From the NCBI GenBank assembly GCA_022530585.1, contig CP092821.1, positions 585,525 to 649,524 on the forward strand: DNA of 64,000 bases, read 5' to 3'. Every line of letters begins with the position of its first letter. Position 1 is the first letter of the stretch. Below, one piece after another: positions 47,494 to 56,864 of the stretch. The position numbers and the translations under genes were made by a program. Source of the DNA: Candidatus Nealsonbacteria bacterium DGGOD1a. GTDB lineage: Bacteria; Patescibacteriota; Minisyncoccia; Minisyncoccales; UBA5738. A model generated the notes under the pieces. It made no database searches. It saw only the letters and a program-made list of their open reading frames with translations, and was not told the origin of the DNA.

Positions 47494-47630
47494 AAAAATC
47501 AAAAATATATTTTCCAAATGTATTTCGTCGAGCGGGGTATGAACCCCGCACGACGACCAAAGGGGGCACCCCTTTGGAATCCTCTTGGTGCACCCCGGGG
47601 CAAAGCCCCGAGGTATTGCACTCAATAAAA
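47494..47630 (-). repeat. Three-hairpin element, subfamily F2, copy H
   Basis: Near-identical to copy F. Confidence 0.85.
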
Positions 47631-47670
47631 AAATGGCGCGCCAAACGCTGTTTTTTGTTATAATAAAATC

Positions 47671-48330
47671 ATGAAAATCAAGGATTTGACAAAAGTTGAC
47701 CGGCCGCGGGAAAAACTGGAAAAATACGGAACCGCAAAATTGGCGGATTATGAACTGCTGGCGATTTTGCTCGGGTCGGGGATCAAGGGATTGAATGTGA
47801 TCGCGCTTTCGAAAAGGATATTGAAACTTATTGACAAGGTTGGCATCGATAAAATCACCCTTGAAAACTTGCTTAAAGAACGCGGCCTTGGCAAGGCCAA
47901 GGCAATGCAAGTGATCTCGGCCTTGGAATTCGGCAAACGGATCAATTCAGGAGAAAAACCGGAAATTTTGACCGCCGAAGATGTTTGGAAATTGTGCGGT
48001 GATTTTCGCGGCTCCAAAAAAGAACATTTTGCGGCGTTTTATCTGGACACGCAAAGCAAACTGATTGAACGCCAGATAATCTCCATCGGCACTTTAAACG
48101 CCAGCCTGGTCCACCCCCGCGAAGTCTTTGAACCCGCGGTTGGGTTGCATGCCGCCAACATAATCGTGGCGCACAACCACCCCAGCGGCGTTTTGGAACC
48201 CTCCGGCGACGACCTTGCCATCACCAAGCGCCTGTCGGAATCCGGAAAAATCATGGGCATTGCGCTGATTGACCATATCATCATCGCCAACGCCAAATTT
48301 TCAAGCTTCAAAAACAAAAATCTGATTTGA
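47671..48330 (+). CDS. radC: RadC-family JAB-domain protein
   Basis: PREKL, ELLAILLGSG and HNHPSG motifs. Confidence 0.85.
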   Translation: MKIKDLTKVDRPREKLEKYGTAKLADYELLAILLGSGIKGLNVIALSKRILKLIDKVGIDKITLENLLKERGLGKAKAMQVISALEFGKRINSGEKPEILTAEDVWKLCGDFRGSKKEHFAAFYLDTQSKLIERQIISIGTLNASLVHPREVFEPAVGLHAANIIVAHNHPSGVLEPSGDDLAITKRLSESGKIMGIALIDHIIIANAKFSSFKNKNLI

Positions 48331-48341
48331 CAGCGTTTGGG

Positions 48342-48361
48342 ATGTACATTATTATGTACAT
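48342..48361. promoter_or_regulatory. Twin palindromic operator upstream of the Phd/RelE pair
   Basis: ATGTACAT-tatt-ATGTACAT, overlapping a TATAAT at 48361-48366. Confidence 0.45.
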
Positions 48362-48375
48362 ATAATACAAAATGC

Positions 48376-48711
48376 ATGAATGCCAAAAATACAATATCAA
48401 TCTCCGAAGCAAGAAAAAGAATCTTTGAAATCGCCAAAGAAGTCCAAAAGCCGGACAAATATTACACCTTGACCGAAAAAGGCAAACCCAAGGCGGTTTT
48501 GATGTCGGCCGATGAATTTGACTCGATTATGGAAACAATTGACATATTAAGCGATCCCGATATTCTGGACAGTATAAAGAAAGCGGAGGAAGAATATCGG
48601 AAAGGCGAATATAAAACATGGGATGAGTTGAAAATAGATATCGGGGCGAGCAAAGAAATGGAGCCGGCAGCGGTTTGCGAAAATCCGAAAAGAAAATACC
48701 ATGCGAAATAA
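48376..48711 (+). CDS. Phd/YefM-family antitoxin
   Basis: ISISEARKRIFEIAKEV...YTLTEKGKPKAVLMSADEFDSIMETIDIL. Confidence 0.75.
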   Translation: MNAKNTISISEARKRIFEIAKEVQKPDKYYTLTEKGKPKAVLMSADEFDSIMETIDILSDPDILDSIKKAEEEYRKGEYKTWDELKIDIGASKEMEPAAVCENPKRKYHAK

Positions 48712-48958
48712 CTATCGGATTATCGTCCCGAAATCAGTGATTAAAGATATAAATTCAATTCCGCTTCCATGGAAGGAACGCGTAATCAAAGCGATCGATT
48801 TGCTGCCGCAAAACCCATTTATGGGTGAAAAATTATGGGGAAAGCTGAAAGGCAAGCGCAAAATCAGGATATATCCTTACCGGATAATTTATGAAATTAT
48901 CAATAAAAACCGCATAATCTTGATCCTTGAAGCCGGCCACCGCCAAGGCATATATTAA
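48701..48958 (+). CDS. RelE/ParE-family toxin
   Basis: 85 aa. Overlaps the antitoxin by 11 nt. KIRIYPYRIIYEI...ILILEAGHRQ. Confidence 0.75.
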   Translation: MRNNYRIIVPKSVIKDINSIPLPWKERVIKAIDLLPQNPFMGEKLWGKLKGKRKIRIYPYRIIYEIINKNRIILILEAGHRQGIY

Positions 48959-48969
48959 TTTTTAAAAAT

Positions 48970-49239
48970 ATGTACTCATCTCAAACTGATTGCGGTTCGA
49001 CAGTAAGTTGCGGAACCGACCTTGATACCGGTTGGTTCGTGAAAGACCTCAACGACCGCGCCGACCGGATCAAACATCTTGAATTTCACATTGAGCACGG
49101 CGATTATTTCGCGGTTCTGGCAACCATCATCAATATCGCCCTGAAAGAAAAAGATTTCGACCGCGAGAAAATCTTCAAAAATCTCTTCGACGATCTGGAA
49201 TATCTGCAAGAAAATTACGACATCGTGAAAAGATTATAA
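48970..49239 (+). CDS. Hypothetical protein (89 aa)
   Basis: ORF only. Confidence 0.45.
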   Translation: MYSSQTDCGSTVSCGTDLDTGWFVKDLNDRADRIKHLEFHIEHGDYFAVLATIINIALKEKDFDREKIFKNLFDDLEYLQENYDIVKRL

Positions 49240-49317
49240 AACGGTCTGGCGCGGTTGCGAGCCAAACGGATTGTTTTTTGCTATAATAAATCCAGAGAAT
49301 AATAAACATAAAAAAAT

Positions 49318-49650
49318 ATGAATATCTTAATCAATTGGCTGGTGATGACGGTCGCGGTTATCGTTTCGGCTTATATTCTGCCCGGGGTTACGCTGTCGGG
49401 ATTTTGGGCCGCGCTTTTAGTGGCGCTCGTTCTTGGATTGCTGAATGTTTCCATAAAACCTCTGCTTCTAATCCTCACCCTGCCGATCAATATCTTAACT
49501 TTGGGATTGTTCACGCTGGTCATCAACGCGCTGATCATTATGATGGCTTCGGCCATTGTCCCGGGTTTCAAGGTTAATGGTTTCTGGTATTCCATGCTTT
49601 TCAGCGTCGTGCTTTCGATTGTCTTGTACTTGATAAACAAAGCAAAATAA
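49318..49650 (+). CDS. Four-TM membrane protein (phage holin family IV / DUF360-like)
   Basis: NWLVMTVAVIVSAYILPGV...NALIIMMASAIVPGF. Confidence 0.65.
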   Translation: MNILINWLVMTVAVIVSAYILPGVTLSGFWAALLVALVLGLLNVSIKPLLLILTLPINILTLGLFTLVINALIIMMASAIVPGFKVNGFWYSMLFSVVLSIVLYLINKAK

Positions 49651-49815
49651 GGGCGTTGCCGAAGCGACAATGGCAAAATTGTCCGGAATGTCTTTGACCA
49701 AAGTTTTTGAAGGTCCGTATCGGGCCGCAGCCCGAAATGCGCCAAAACCTACGGCAAAAATTATGCGGCGCTTTTCGTGTTCGTGTAAATCCGCCGGCTC
49801 CCGGCGAACAAATCA

Positions 49816-50703
49816 ATGATTTTAAAAAAGCCCCACATTCCAATTTTTTTGGCAATAATGGCTTTTTTCGGGTATTGCCCGGGAACAATCCAGGCTTTTG
49901 ATTGGCCGGCCGGCGCGGCGCTGATTCAAAGAATCCAAGTCCTTAAACAAGAAATCTACAACGCAAAAATGCTGATCGTGAGCGCGAAATCAAAGAAACC
50001 CAACACCGCCCAAGCCTATCTGGCGATGGATTTAACGAACGGCGCGGCGCTTATGGTAAAAAATCCCGACAAAGCCTATCCGATCGCTTCCACCGCCAAA
50101 TTGATGACCGCCGTTATCGCCTCGGAAAATATCGATTCCGAAAAAACGATAGCTCTGACCAAGGATATGCTTTCTCCCGAAGGAAGCAGCCCGGCCATTT
50201 TTGCCGGCTTAAACATCAGCGCGAAAAATCTTTTGCAAGCCAGCCTGATCCAATCGACCAACGATGCCGCCGAGTCGCTGTCTTATTTCATCGGCCGGGA
50301 AAAATTCCTGGCGCTAATGAACCAAAAAGCCAAAGAGATTGGAATGGCGCGCACCTTTTTCGCCGATGTTCACGGATTGGACAAGCAAAATCTCTCCACC
50401 GCTCGCGATATGGCCAAGCTTTTAACTTATATCCGCAAAAACAATCCTAAAATTCTGGAAGCCACGAAGAACAATAATTTTTGGCTGCCGGACGCGCAAG
50501 GCAAACTGCTCCGGTTTATGAATCTGAATAATTTTTACGGCTTGCCCGAATTTGCGGGCGGGAAAAGCGGCTATTCTCCCGAAGCCCGGCAAACCTTCGC
50601 CGGAATTTTCAACATCAACAATAAACCGATCGCCATTGTTTTGCTCCGCTCAACCGATTTTCAATCCGATACATTCAAAATCATCGAACGGCTAAAAAAT
50701 TGA
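49816..50703 (+). CDS. D-alanyl-D-alanine carboxypeptidase (S11 family)
   Basis: SxxK motif IASTAKLM; SxN motif QSTND; KSGY. Confidence 0.75.
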   Translation: MILKKPHIPIFLAIMAFFGYCPGTIQAFDWPAGAALIQRIQVLKQEIYNAKMLIVSAKSKKPNTAQAYLAMDLTNGAALMVKNPDKAYPIASTAKLMTAVIASENIDSEKTIALTKDMLSPEGSSPAIFAGLNISAKNLLQASLIQSTNDAAESLSYFIGREKFLALMNQKAKEIGMARTFFADVHGLDKQNLSTARDMAKLLTYIRKNNPKILEATKNNNFWLPDAQGKLLRFMNLNNFYGLPEFAGGKSGYSPEARQTFAGIFNINNKPIAIVLLRSTDFQSDTFKIIERLKN

Positions 50704-50715
50704 ATATAAAAACAA

Positions 50716-50829
50716 AAAAATACATTGATGTCGGGGTATTAACCCCGCCATCAACCAAAGGATGTTTCCCTTGACATCCTCATTCTTTTTGTTCCCCGCG
50801 GCGAGCTGACGGGGTATAAAAAGAATCAA
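50716..50829 (-). repeat. Three-hairpin element, subfamily F1, copy D
   Basis: Matches the F1 consensus, 12 nt after the carboxypeptidase stop. Confidence 0.85.
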
Positions 50830-50883
50830 TCGCCGAAAAGGTGATTTTTTGATATAATGCAATTATTATTGATCCAAAAAAAC

Positions 50884-51402
50884 ATGAACAAAAAAATAAT
50901 TTTGCTGACCGCCGCCGCGGTTATTCTCGCCGGAATGCTTTACCTGATACTGAAACCGGACAAAGAAACGCCCGCGAACACTGTTCCGACGCCAAACGAA
51001 TCGAACGCCAATGGGAAAAACGCGCCGGATTCCAACGCGGCGACCAATTCCGATGCCGCGCAAATCCCGCAAACGCAATCGCCCGGCCAAAACGATCCGA
51101 CAACAACCACGGTTTGCACTATGGAAGCGAAAATCTGCCCCGACGGTTCCGCGGTCGGCCGCACCGGCCTGAATTGCGAGTTCGCGCCCTGCCCCGAAAC
51201 AAATTCGCGACAAACTGCTTGCACGGAAGAATCCCGCGAAGGCGATGTATGCAATGAAATTTACTCTCCGGTCTGCGCCACCGTGCGGATCCAATGCGTC
51301 AAAGCGCCCTGCAATCCGATTCAACAAACATTCTCCAACGCTTGCATTGCCTGCCACAACCCGCTGGTCTCGGACTATGCAATGGGCGAATGTCCGAAAT
51401 AG
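50884..51402 (+). CDS. Secreted protein with a C-terminal Kazal-like Cys pattern
   Basis: Signal/TM segment. CNEIYSPVCATVRIQCVKAPCNPIQQTFSNACIAC resembles the Kazal C..PVC...Y.N.C spacing (recalled). Confidence 0.5.
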   Translation: MNKKIILLTAAAVILAGMLYLILKPDKETPANTVPTPNESNANGKNAPDSNAATNSDAAQIPQTQSPGQNDPTTTTVCTMEAKICPDGSAVGRTGLNCEFAPCPETNSRQTACTEESREGDVCNEIYSPVCATVRIQCVKAPCNPIQQTFSNACIACHNPLVSDYAMGECPK

Positions 51403-51472
51403 AACCGCCAGCTTGATTATAGTTTGATTTAGTCTTAAAGAATAGGTAAATTAAATTGAATAGCGATAAATA

Positions 51473-53050
51473 ATGAAAACTAAAAAATTACCGCCTAAAA
51501 CTGAAAATAAGCCGCTAGAAAGCTGGATTTGGGACGCGGCTTGCGCTATTCGCGGGGCTAAAGATGCCGGAAAGTTCAAGGATTACATTTTACCGCTTAT
51601 TTTTGTTAAGCGGCTTTGCGATGTATTTGACGATGAGGTAAATAAAATCGCCAAAGCCACCGGGTCGCGCAAGGAGGCGCTCAAACGCATTGATGCCGAT
51701 CATTCGCGGGTGCGTTTCTATTTACCGATTCGCGCCAAAGACCCAAAAACCCAGGATACTTGGAGTGTAATCCGTTCGCTTTCAAATAATATCGGAGAAG
51801 AACTAACACGGATCATTCGGGAAATCGCGAGCAATAATTCGGCCCTTGATGGCGTGATTGATTCAGTTGACTACAACGCCACCACTCGAGGCCAGCGGGA
51901 GATTGACGACGACCGGCTTTCCAACCTGATTGAAGCAATCAGCCAAAAACGGCTTGGATTGGCGGATGTGGAACCGGATATCATTGGCCGGAGTTATGAA
52001 TATCTGATTCGCAAATTTGCCGAAGGTTCCGGGCAGTCGGCGGGCGAATTTTACACCCCGCGGGAAGTGGGAATGGTGATGGCAAACATTATGGACCCGG
52101 AACCGGGAATGGAAATTTATGATTGCGCCTGCGGATCGGCCGGACTGCTCATCAAATGCGAATTGGCGCTCAAGGAGAAAATGGATAAACTCGGAAAAAA
52201 GATATTCGCGCCCCTGCGTTTATATGGCCAAGAGAATATCAGCTCCACTTGGGCAATGGCCAAGATGAACATGGTGATCCACGATATGGAAGGTGAAATA
52301 GAACTGGGTGATACTTTTAATAATCCAAAATTCAAAGATGCGAGCGGAAAAGGCATAAAAAAATTTAATCGCTGCGTGGCAAACCCGATGTGGAACCAGC
52401 CGGGATTTAACGAAGAAATCTATACCAATGACATTTATGGCCGGTTTCCGGCGGGCAATCCGGGCGGGAAAGGCGACTGGGGCTGGGTTCAACATATTTA
52501 TTCAAGCTTAAACGATAACGGTCGGGCCGCAATCGTGCTTGATACCGGCGGGGCATCACGTGGCAGCGGCAACGCCAACACCAATAAAGAAAAGGATGTG
52601 CGCAAGTGGTTCATTGACCACGATATTATTGAAGGAGTTTTGTATTTGCCCGAAAACCTGTTTTATAACACCACCGCCCCGGGAATTATTATTTTCCTGA
52701 ATAAAAGCAAACCGGCCAATCTCAAGGATAAAGTATTTTTGATCAATGCCAGCAAAGAATTCAAAAAAGGCGATCCCAAAAATTATCTTGGCGACGATCA
52801 AATCAAAAAAATTTCCCAAACATTTAATTCAAAAAAGGAAACTGAAAATTTCAGCAAATTTATCGGCAGAGATGAAATTGCCAAAAACGACTACAATATT
52901 TCACCCTCGCGCTACATCAACCTCGGCGGAACAGAGGAATATAAGCCGGTAGAAGAAATTTTAAGCGAACTGGCGATAGTTGAAGCCAAAGCAAAGGAAG
53001 CGGATAAAAACTTGAAGAAAGTTTTAAAAGACTTTGGATTTAATAAATAA
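51473..53050 (+). CDS. hsdM: Type I restriction-modification system, methyltransferase subunit
   Basis: N-terminal HsdM domain. SAM motif DCACGSAGLL. Catalytic ANPMW (NPPF/W-type). Confidence 0.9.
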   Translation: MKTKKLPPKTENKPLESWIWDAACAIRGAKDAGKFKDYILPLIFVKRLCDVFDDEVNKIAKATGSRKEALKRIDADHSRVRFYLPIRAKDPKTQDTWSVIRSLSNNIGEELTRIIREIASNNSALDGVIDSVDYNATTRGQREIDDDRLSNLIEAISQKRLGLADVEPDIIGRSYEYLIRKFAEGSGQSAGEFYTPREVGMVMANIMDPEPGMEIYDCACGSAGLLIKCELALKEKMDKLGKKIFAPLRLYGQENISSTWAMAKMNMVIHDMEGEIELGDTFNNPKFKDASGKGIKKFNRCVANPMWNQPGFNEEIYTNDIYGRFPAGNPGGKGDWGWVQHIYSSLNDNGRAAIVLDTGGASRGSGNANTNKEKDVRKWFIDHDIIEGVLYLPENLFYNTTAPGIIIFLNKSKPANLKDKVFLINASKEFKKGDPKNYLGDDQIKKISQTFNSKKETENFSKFIGRDEIAKNDYNISPSRYINLGGTEEYKPVEEILSELAIVEAKAKEADKNLKKVLKDFGFNK

Positions 53051-53051
53051 A

Positions 53052-53681
53052 ATGCTGGTATTTATTGATGAATCAGGAGATCCGGGTTTAAAAATTGACA
53101 AGGGATCAAGCAGATTTTTTGTTATCGGCCTTGTAATTTTTGAAGATAACGATGAGGCGGCGGCGTGCGACCAAAGAATTGAATTATTGAAACGCGAACT
53201 TGGAAAGCAACCATCAGATGAGTTTCATTTTAAAACCAACCTAAACAGGGTTAAAGAAACTTTCTTGAAAGCAGTTTCACCATATAATTTTTTTTATTAT
53301 GGGATTGTTATCAATAAAGATCCGAAAAAGTTATATGGGGAGGGATTTAAAAATAAAGAATCGTTTTATAAATATGCCTGCGGATTGGTTTTTGAAAACG
53401 CCAAAGAAAAACTGCGCAATTCCATTATAATAATCGATAAAAGCGGTAATCTTGATTTTAGAAACCAACTCGGAAAATATCTGCGAAGAAAAATGAACGG
53501 CAAGGATCGAATCATTAAAAAGATAAAAATGCAGCGATCAGAAAGCAACAATTTGCTTCAACTTGCCGATTATATTGCTGGAGTCATTTACCGTTCGGTG
53601 AGGAATGAAAGAAAAAAGGCGGATGATTATCGCAAGATAATTGCACACCGCGAGATATATGTTCAAATATGGCCGAAATAA
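53052..53681 (+). CDS. DUF3800-domain protein embedded between hsdM and hsdS
   Basis: MLVFIDESGDPG...EFHF signature. ATG lies 1 nt after the hsdM stop. Confidence 0.7.
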   Translation: MLVFIDESGDPGLKIDKGSSRFFVIGLVIFEDNDEAAACDQRIELLKRELGKQPSDEFHFKTNLNRVKETFLKAVSPYNFFYYGIVINKDPKKLYGEGFKNKESFYKYACGLVFENAKEKLRNSIIIIDKSGNLDFRNQLGKYLRRKMNGKDRIIKKIKMQRSESNNLLQLADYIAGVIYRSVRNERKKADDYRKIIAHREIYVQIWPK

Positions 53682-53825
53682 TGTCTATAAACGAAAAAAC
53701 TCCCAAGCCTATTCCTTTCGGAAACGCGGCGATAAACGCCACAATTTGGCCTGGAAGCGATTCCAATTTCAGCATAACCGCTATGCTGGTAATGTCAAGT
53801 ATAATCATCCACAGTTAAATTCCCT

Positions 53826-54992
53826 ATGAAAACCAAAAATCAAACAAAAAAAGAATGGGAAATAATTTCTTTTCAAAATTGTTTAGAGAGGGTGATAATC
53901 GGCAGAGATAGGCAAATTAAGGAAAGGGATTATTTGAAATCGGGAAGTTATCCTATTGTTGATCAAGGCAAGTCAAAAATTGCTGGATTTACAAATGACA
54001 AAAATAAAGTAATTTCCGAAATTCAGCCTTTCGTTATTTTTGGCGATCATACGCGAATTATAAAATATATAGACTTTTTAATTGCTTTAGGGGCAGACGG
54101 AACGAAAATTATAAAACCAAATAGTCAATTTGATCCTAAATTTTTTTACTACCAACTTCTAAATATCAATATCCCAAGTAAAGGCTACAATCGCCATTAT
54201 TCAATTTTGAAAGAAAAGAGATTGTCTGTACCAAGTATTTTCGAACAGAAAGTTGTTGCTAATATACTGACAACGGTGCAGGAGGCGATTGCAGGGCAAG
54301 AGAAGTTGATTGCCAAGCTCAAAGAATTGAAACAGAGCATGATGCAATTCCTTTTTACGCACGGCACGAAAGGCGAAAAAACCAAAATGACCGAAATTGG
54401 CGAGATTCCTGATAGTTGGGCAACAAATAAGATAAGAAAATTTGGTAAAATTGTTACTGGAAATACACCGTCGACAAAAAAATTTGAATATTATGGCGAG
54501 CCCTATAAATTAGTATCGCCGGCGGATTTAACAGATGCTTTATTTATCGACACCGCGCATCGTAAAATTACAAAAGAGGGTCTAATGGTTGCGCGATCGG
54601 TACCTAAAAATTCGTTATTGGTTGGTTGCATTGGCAATGTAGGAAAAATTGGAATAACCCAGGATGAAATAACGGCATTTAATCAGCAAATAAATGCAAT
54701 TGCAGTTAACGATGATTTTAATTATTTATTCGTTTACTATCTTTTGATTTTTTATCGTGAAATTCTTGAAAGTAAATCAGCAAAGGTTACACTTCCAATT
54801 TTGAATAAATCCAATTTTGAAGAAATAGAATTTTATACGCCCGATATCGTAGAACAAGAAAAAATCGCTGATATTTTATATTCAATTGATAAAAAAATTG
54901 AAACTATTCAAAATAGATTATCCGCTTATCAGAATCTTTTTAAAACCCTTCTCCACGAACTAATGAGCGGCGACCGGAAGGTAAATTTTTAA
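53826..54992 (+). CDS. hsdS: Type I R-M specificity subunit
   Basis: Two target-recognition domains separated by a conserved helical spacer (EQKVVANILTTVQEAI...; EQEKIADILYSIDKKIE...LLHELMSG). Confidence 0.85.
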   Translation: MKTKNQTKKEWEIISFQNCLERVIIGRDRQIKERDYLKSGSYPIVDQGKSKIAGFTNDKNKVISEIQPFVIFGDHTRIIKYIDFLIALGADGTKIIKPNSQFDPKFFYYQLLNINIPSKGYNRHYSILKEKRLSVPSIFEQKVVANILTTVQEAIAGQEKLIAKLKELKQSMMQFLFTHGTKGEKTKMTEIGEIPDSWATNKIRKFGKIVTGNTPSTKKFEYYGEPYKLVSPADLTDALFIDTAHRKITKEGLMVARSVPKNSLLVGCIGNVGKIGITQDEITAFNQQINAIAVNDDFNYLFVYYLLIFYREILESKSAKVTLPILNKSNFEEIEFYTPDIVEQEKIADILYSIDKKIETIQNRLSAYQNLFKTLLHELMSGDRKVNF

Positions 54993-54996
54993 ATTT

Positions 54997-55992
54997 ATGG
55001 CAAATATAATCCCGAAATCAATCGATAATTTAATTGATCAATCAATAAATCCTTTAGCAAGGGGGTTTGTTCAGTTTGTATTGCTAAAGCTCGGCTTAAG
55101 CGAGGAAATAATGAAAGTAAAAAATGTTGTTGCGGCTGAAAAAGTAAGCCGAAGGTGGCAGATAGAAGCCCCGAAATGGATTTTAATGGAAGCAAAAAAA
55201 TTAGAGCGTCAATATGATAATCTCGGTAAGGTTATGATTAAAAGCGCAGGGATGATCACTGCAACGGAAAGCAAAATAACTGAAGATAATGATGTATTTT
55301 GGGGCCTACTCGAACATTCCAAAGAAGTATCTAATGAACAAATGCAGGATTTGATATCAAGAATTATTGCTGGAGAGTACAATAATCCAGGTACTTATTC
55401 AATGAGTACATTGCAAGTTTTAAGAAGCTTAGGTAAAAATGAACTTGCATTATTTGAAAGAATCGGAAGCCTGTTAATTGGGAAAAGGCATTTACCGATG
55501 ATTCTTTTTACGGGAAATCAACCAGCCAGTAAAATAGTTGATCTTATAAAAATTGATTTTGAAGACTTGCAAAAACTACAAGGTCTAAATATTTTTTTGC
55601 CAAACAGTATGACTCAAACACTACAAAATCCTGAAAAAAAGAAGATATTGATACAATATTTTGATAAAAATTTTTTTTACGAGTTGGTAAACGGGAACAT
55701 TGATGCTTCCGCTCTATTCCCTAGTTTTTATGGACTAACGATTGCCGGAAAACAAATACTCAATCATCTTTCTCCAAAATATATTGACGATTATTATGTA
55801 TGGATTAAAGAAAATTACTTTGAATTACGAAACCCGCTTTTAAAGAAAAACGATTGCGAAACAAAAACCTGCCCGCGTCGCGGGGTTTGGCGGAAAACAT
55901 TCGATTGCGGTAAGTTTTTTCACGGTTCACAACTAAATAATTTGATAAGCCAGCAGACTGTAGATATAATTGGACAAATATCCGTCCACTGA
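54997..55992 (+). pseudogene. DUF2806-like gene whose 3' end is interrupted by IS982 at 55818
   Basis: WGLLEHSKEVSNEQMQDLISRIIAGEYNNPGTYSMSTLQVL resembles DUF2806 (recalled). The last ~58 codons of the track ORF are read-through into the IS. The native frame resumes at 56829 and stops at TGA 56866-56868. Confidence 0.6.
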
Positions 55993-56821
55993 TTTGGGGA
56001 GGCTGGTAATCAGCCCGTAGAACATTTTCAAATTGCGAAAATTCAATTCAATGATCATTCTGGTATCATATAATTTTTTCTGGAATTGAGTGATGATTTT
56101 TTTCATGTTGTTTCTGGCTTTCACCAGCAAAATTCTTTTGCGGGCGCGGTGGAATTTTCTTTGCAATTTCTCGGAAACATATCCGGCGTCGGCAATGAAC
56201 ACGCCGTTCAATTTCTTGGATAATTTGATAACGACATCGCGGTCGTCAACATTCGCGGAAGTGAATTTGATGGCCAGTATTTGCCTTTTGAAATCCGCGA
56301 TCAGGTGCATTTTTAAGCCGAAATAGGTACCTTTTGCGCTTCTGCCGAAACTGGCGAACATTTTCATCACTTTGTGTTTGTTGGCATTTTTGAACAAACA
56401 AACGGGGATATCGGTGGAATCAATGTGTTTGATAATGTGTTGGTTTTTCCTGCTCATCCTCATGATAATAAACATTAATCGCAATGCCAGAATTGCCCAA
56501 CGATTGATGCTCATGACCAATGTTTTGTAGGAGCAGATTTTGTGAAGATTGAAAATGGTGAATAATGATTTTTTGGTAGCGATACCGCCGGCTTGTTTGA
56601 ATATCGCCAGCGATAAGACTGTGATTATCGGCAACGCCAATTTTCGACCGGTTTTGTTTGTGAGCTTGTCAATTTTTAATTGTTGTGAAAAAATACTTAC
56701 CACCTTCCTGATTTCGTTGTAAAATGGAATTACAACTTTCATGTTGGTGTTGAGTCGGCGGTTTACCAGTCGCCGGCTCTGGTGTCATTTTAGCATTTTT
56801 TAGGAGTTTCGTAATTCAAAG
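55818..56821 (-). mobile_element. IS982-family insertion sequence (1004 bp) with a 7-bp target-site duplication
   Basis: 16-bp perfect TIR: ctttgaattacgaaac at 55818-55833 and gtttcgtaattcaaag at 56806-56821. TSD aaaatta at 55811-55817 and 56822-56828. Confidence 0.85.
55933..56742 (-). CDS. IS982-family DDE transposase
   Basis: IDSTDIPVC, GLKMHL, FIADAGYVS. Confidence 0.75.
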   Translation of the reverse strand: MKVVIPFYNEIRKVVSIFSQQLKIDKLTNKTGRKLALPIITVLSLAIFKQAGGIATKKSLFTIFNLHKICSYKTLVMSINRWAILALRLMFIIMRMSRKNQHIIKHIDSTDIPVCLFKNANKHKVMKMFASFGRSAKGTYFGLKMHLIADFKRQILAIKFTSANVDDRDVVIKLSKKLNGVFIADAGYVSEKLQRKFHRARKRILLVKARNNMKKIITQFQKKLYDTRMIIELNFRNLKMFYGLITSLPKSVDGYLSNYIYSLLAYQII

Positions 56822-56864
56822 AAAATTATAAAATTACGAATTACAAACTAGCCGAAATTAATAT

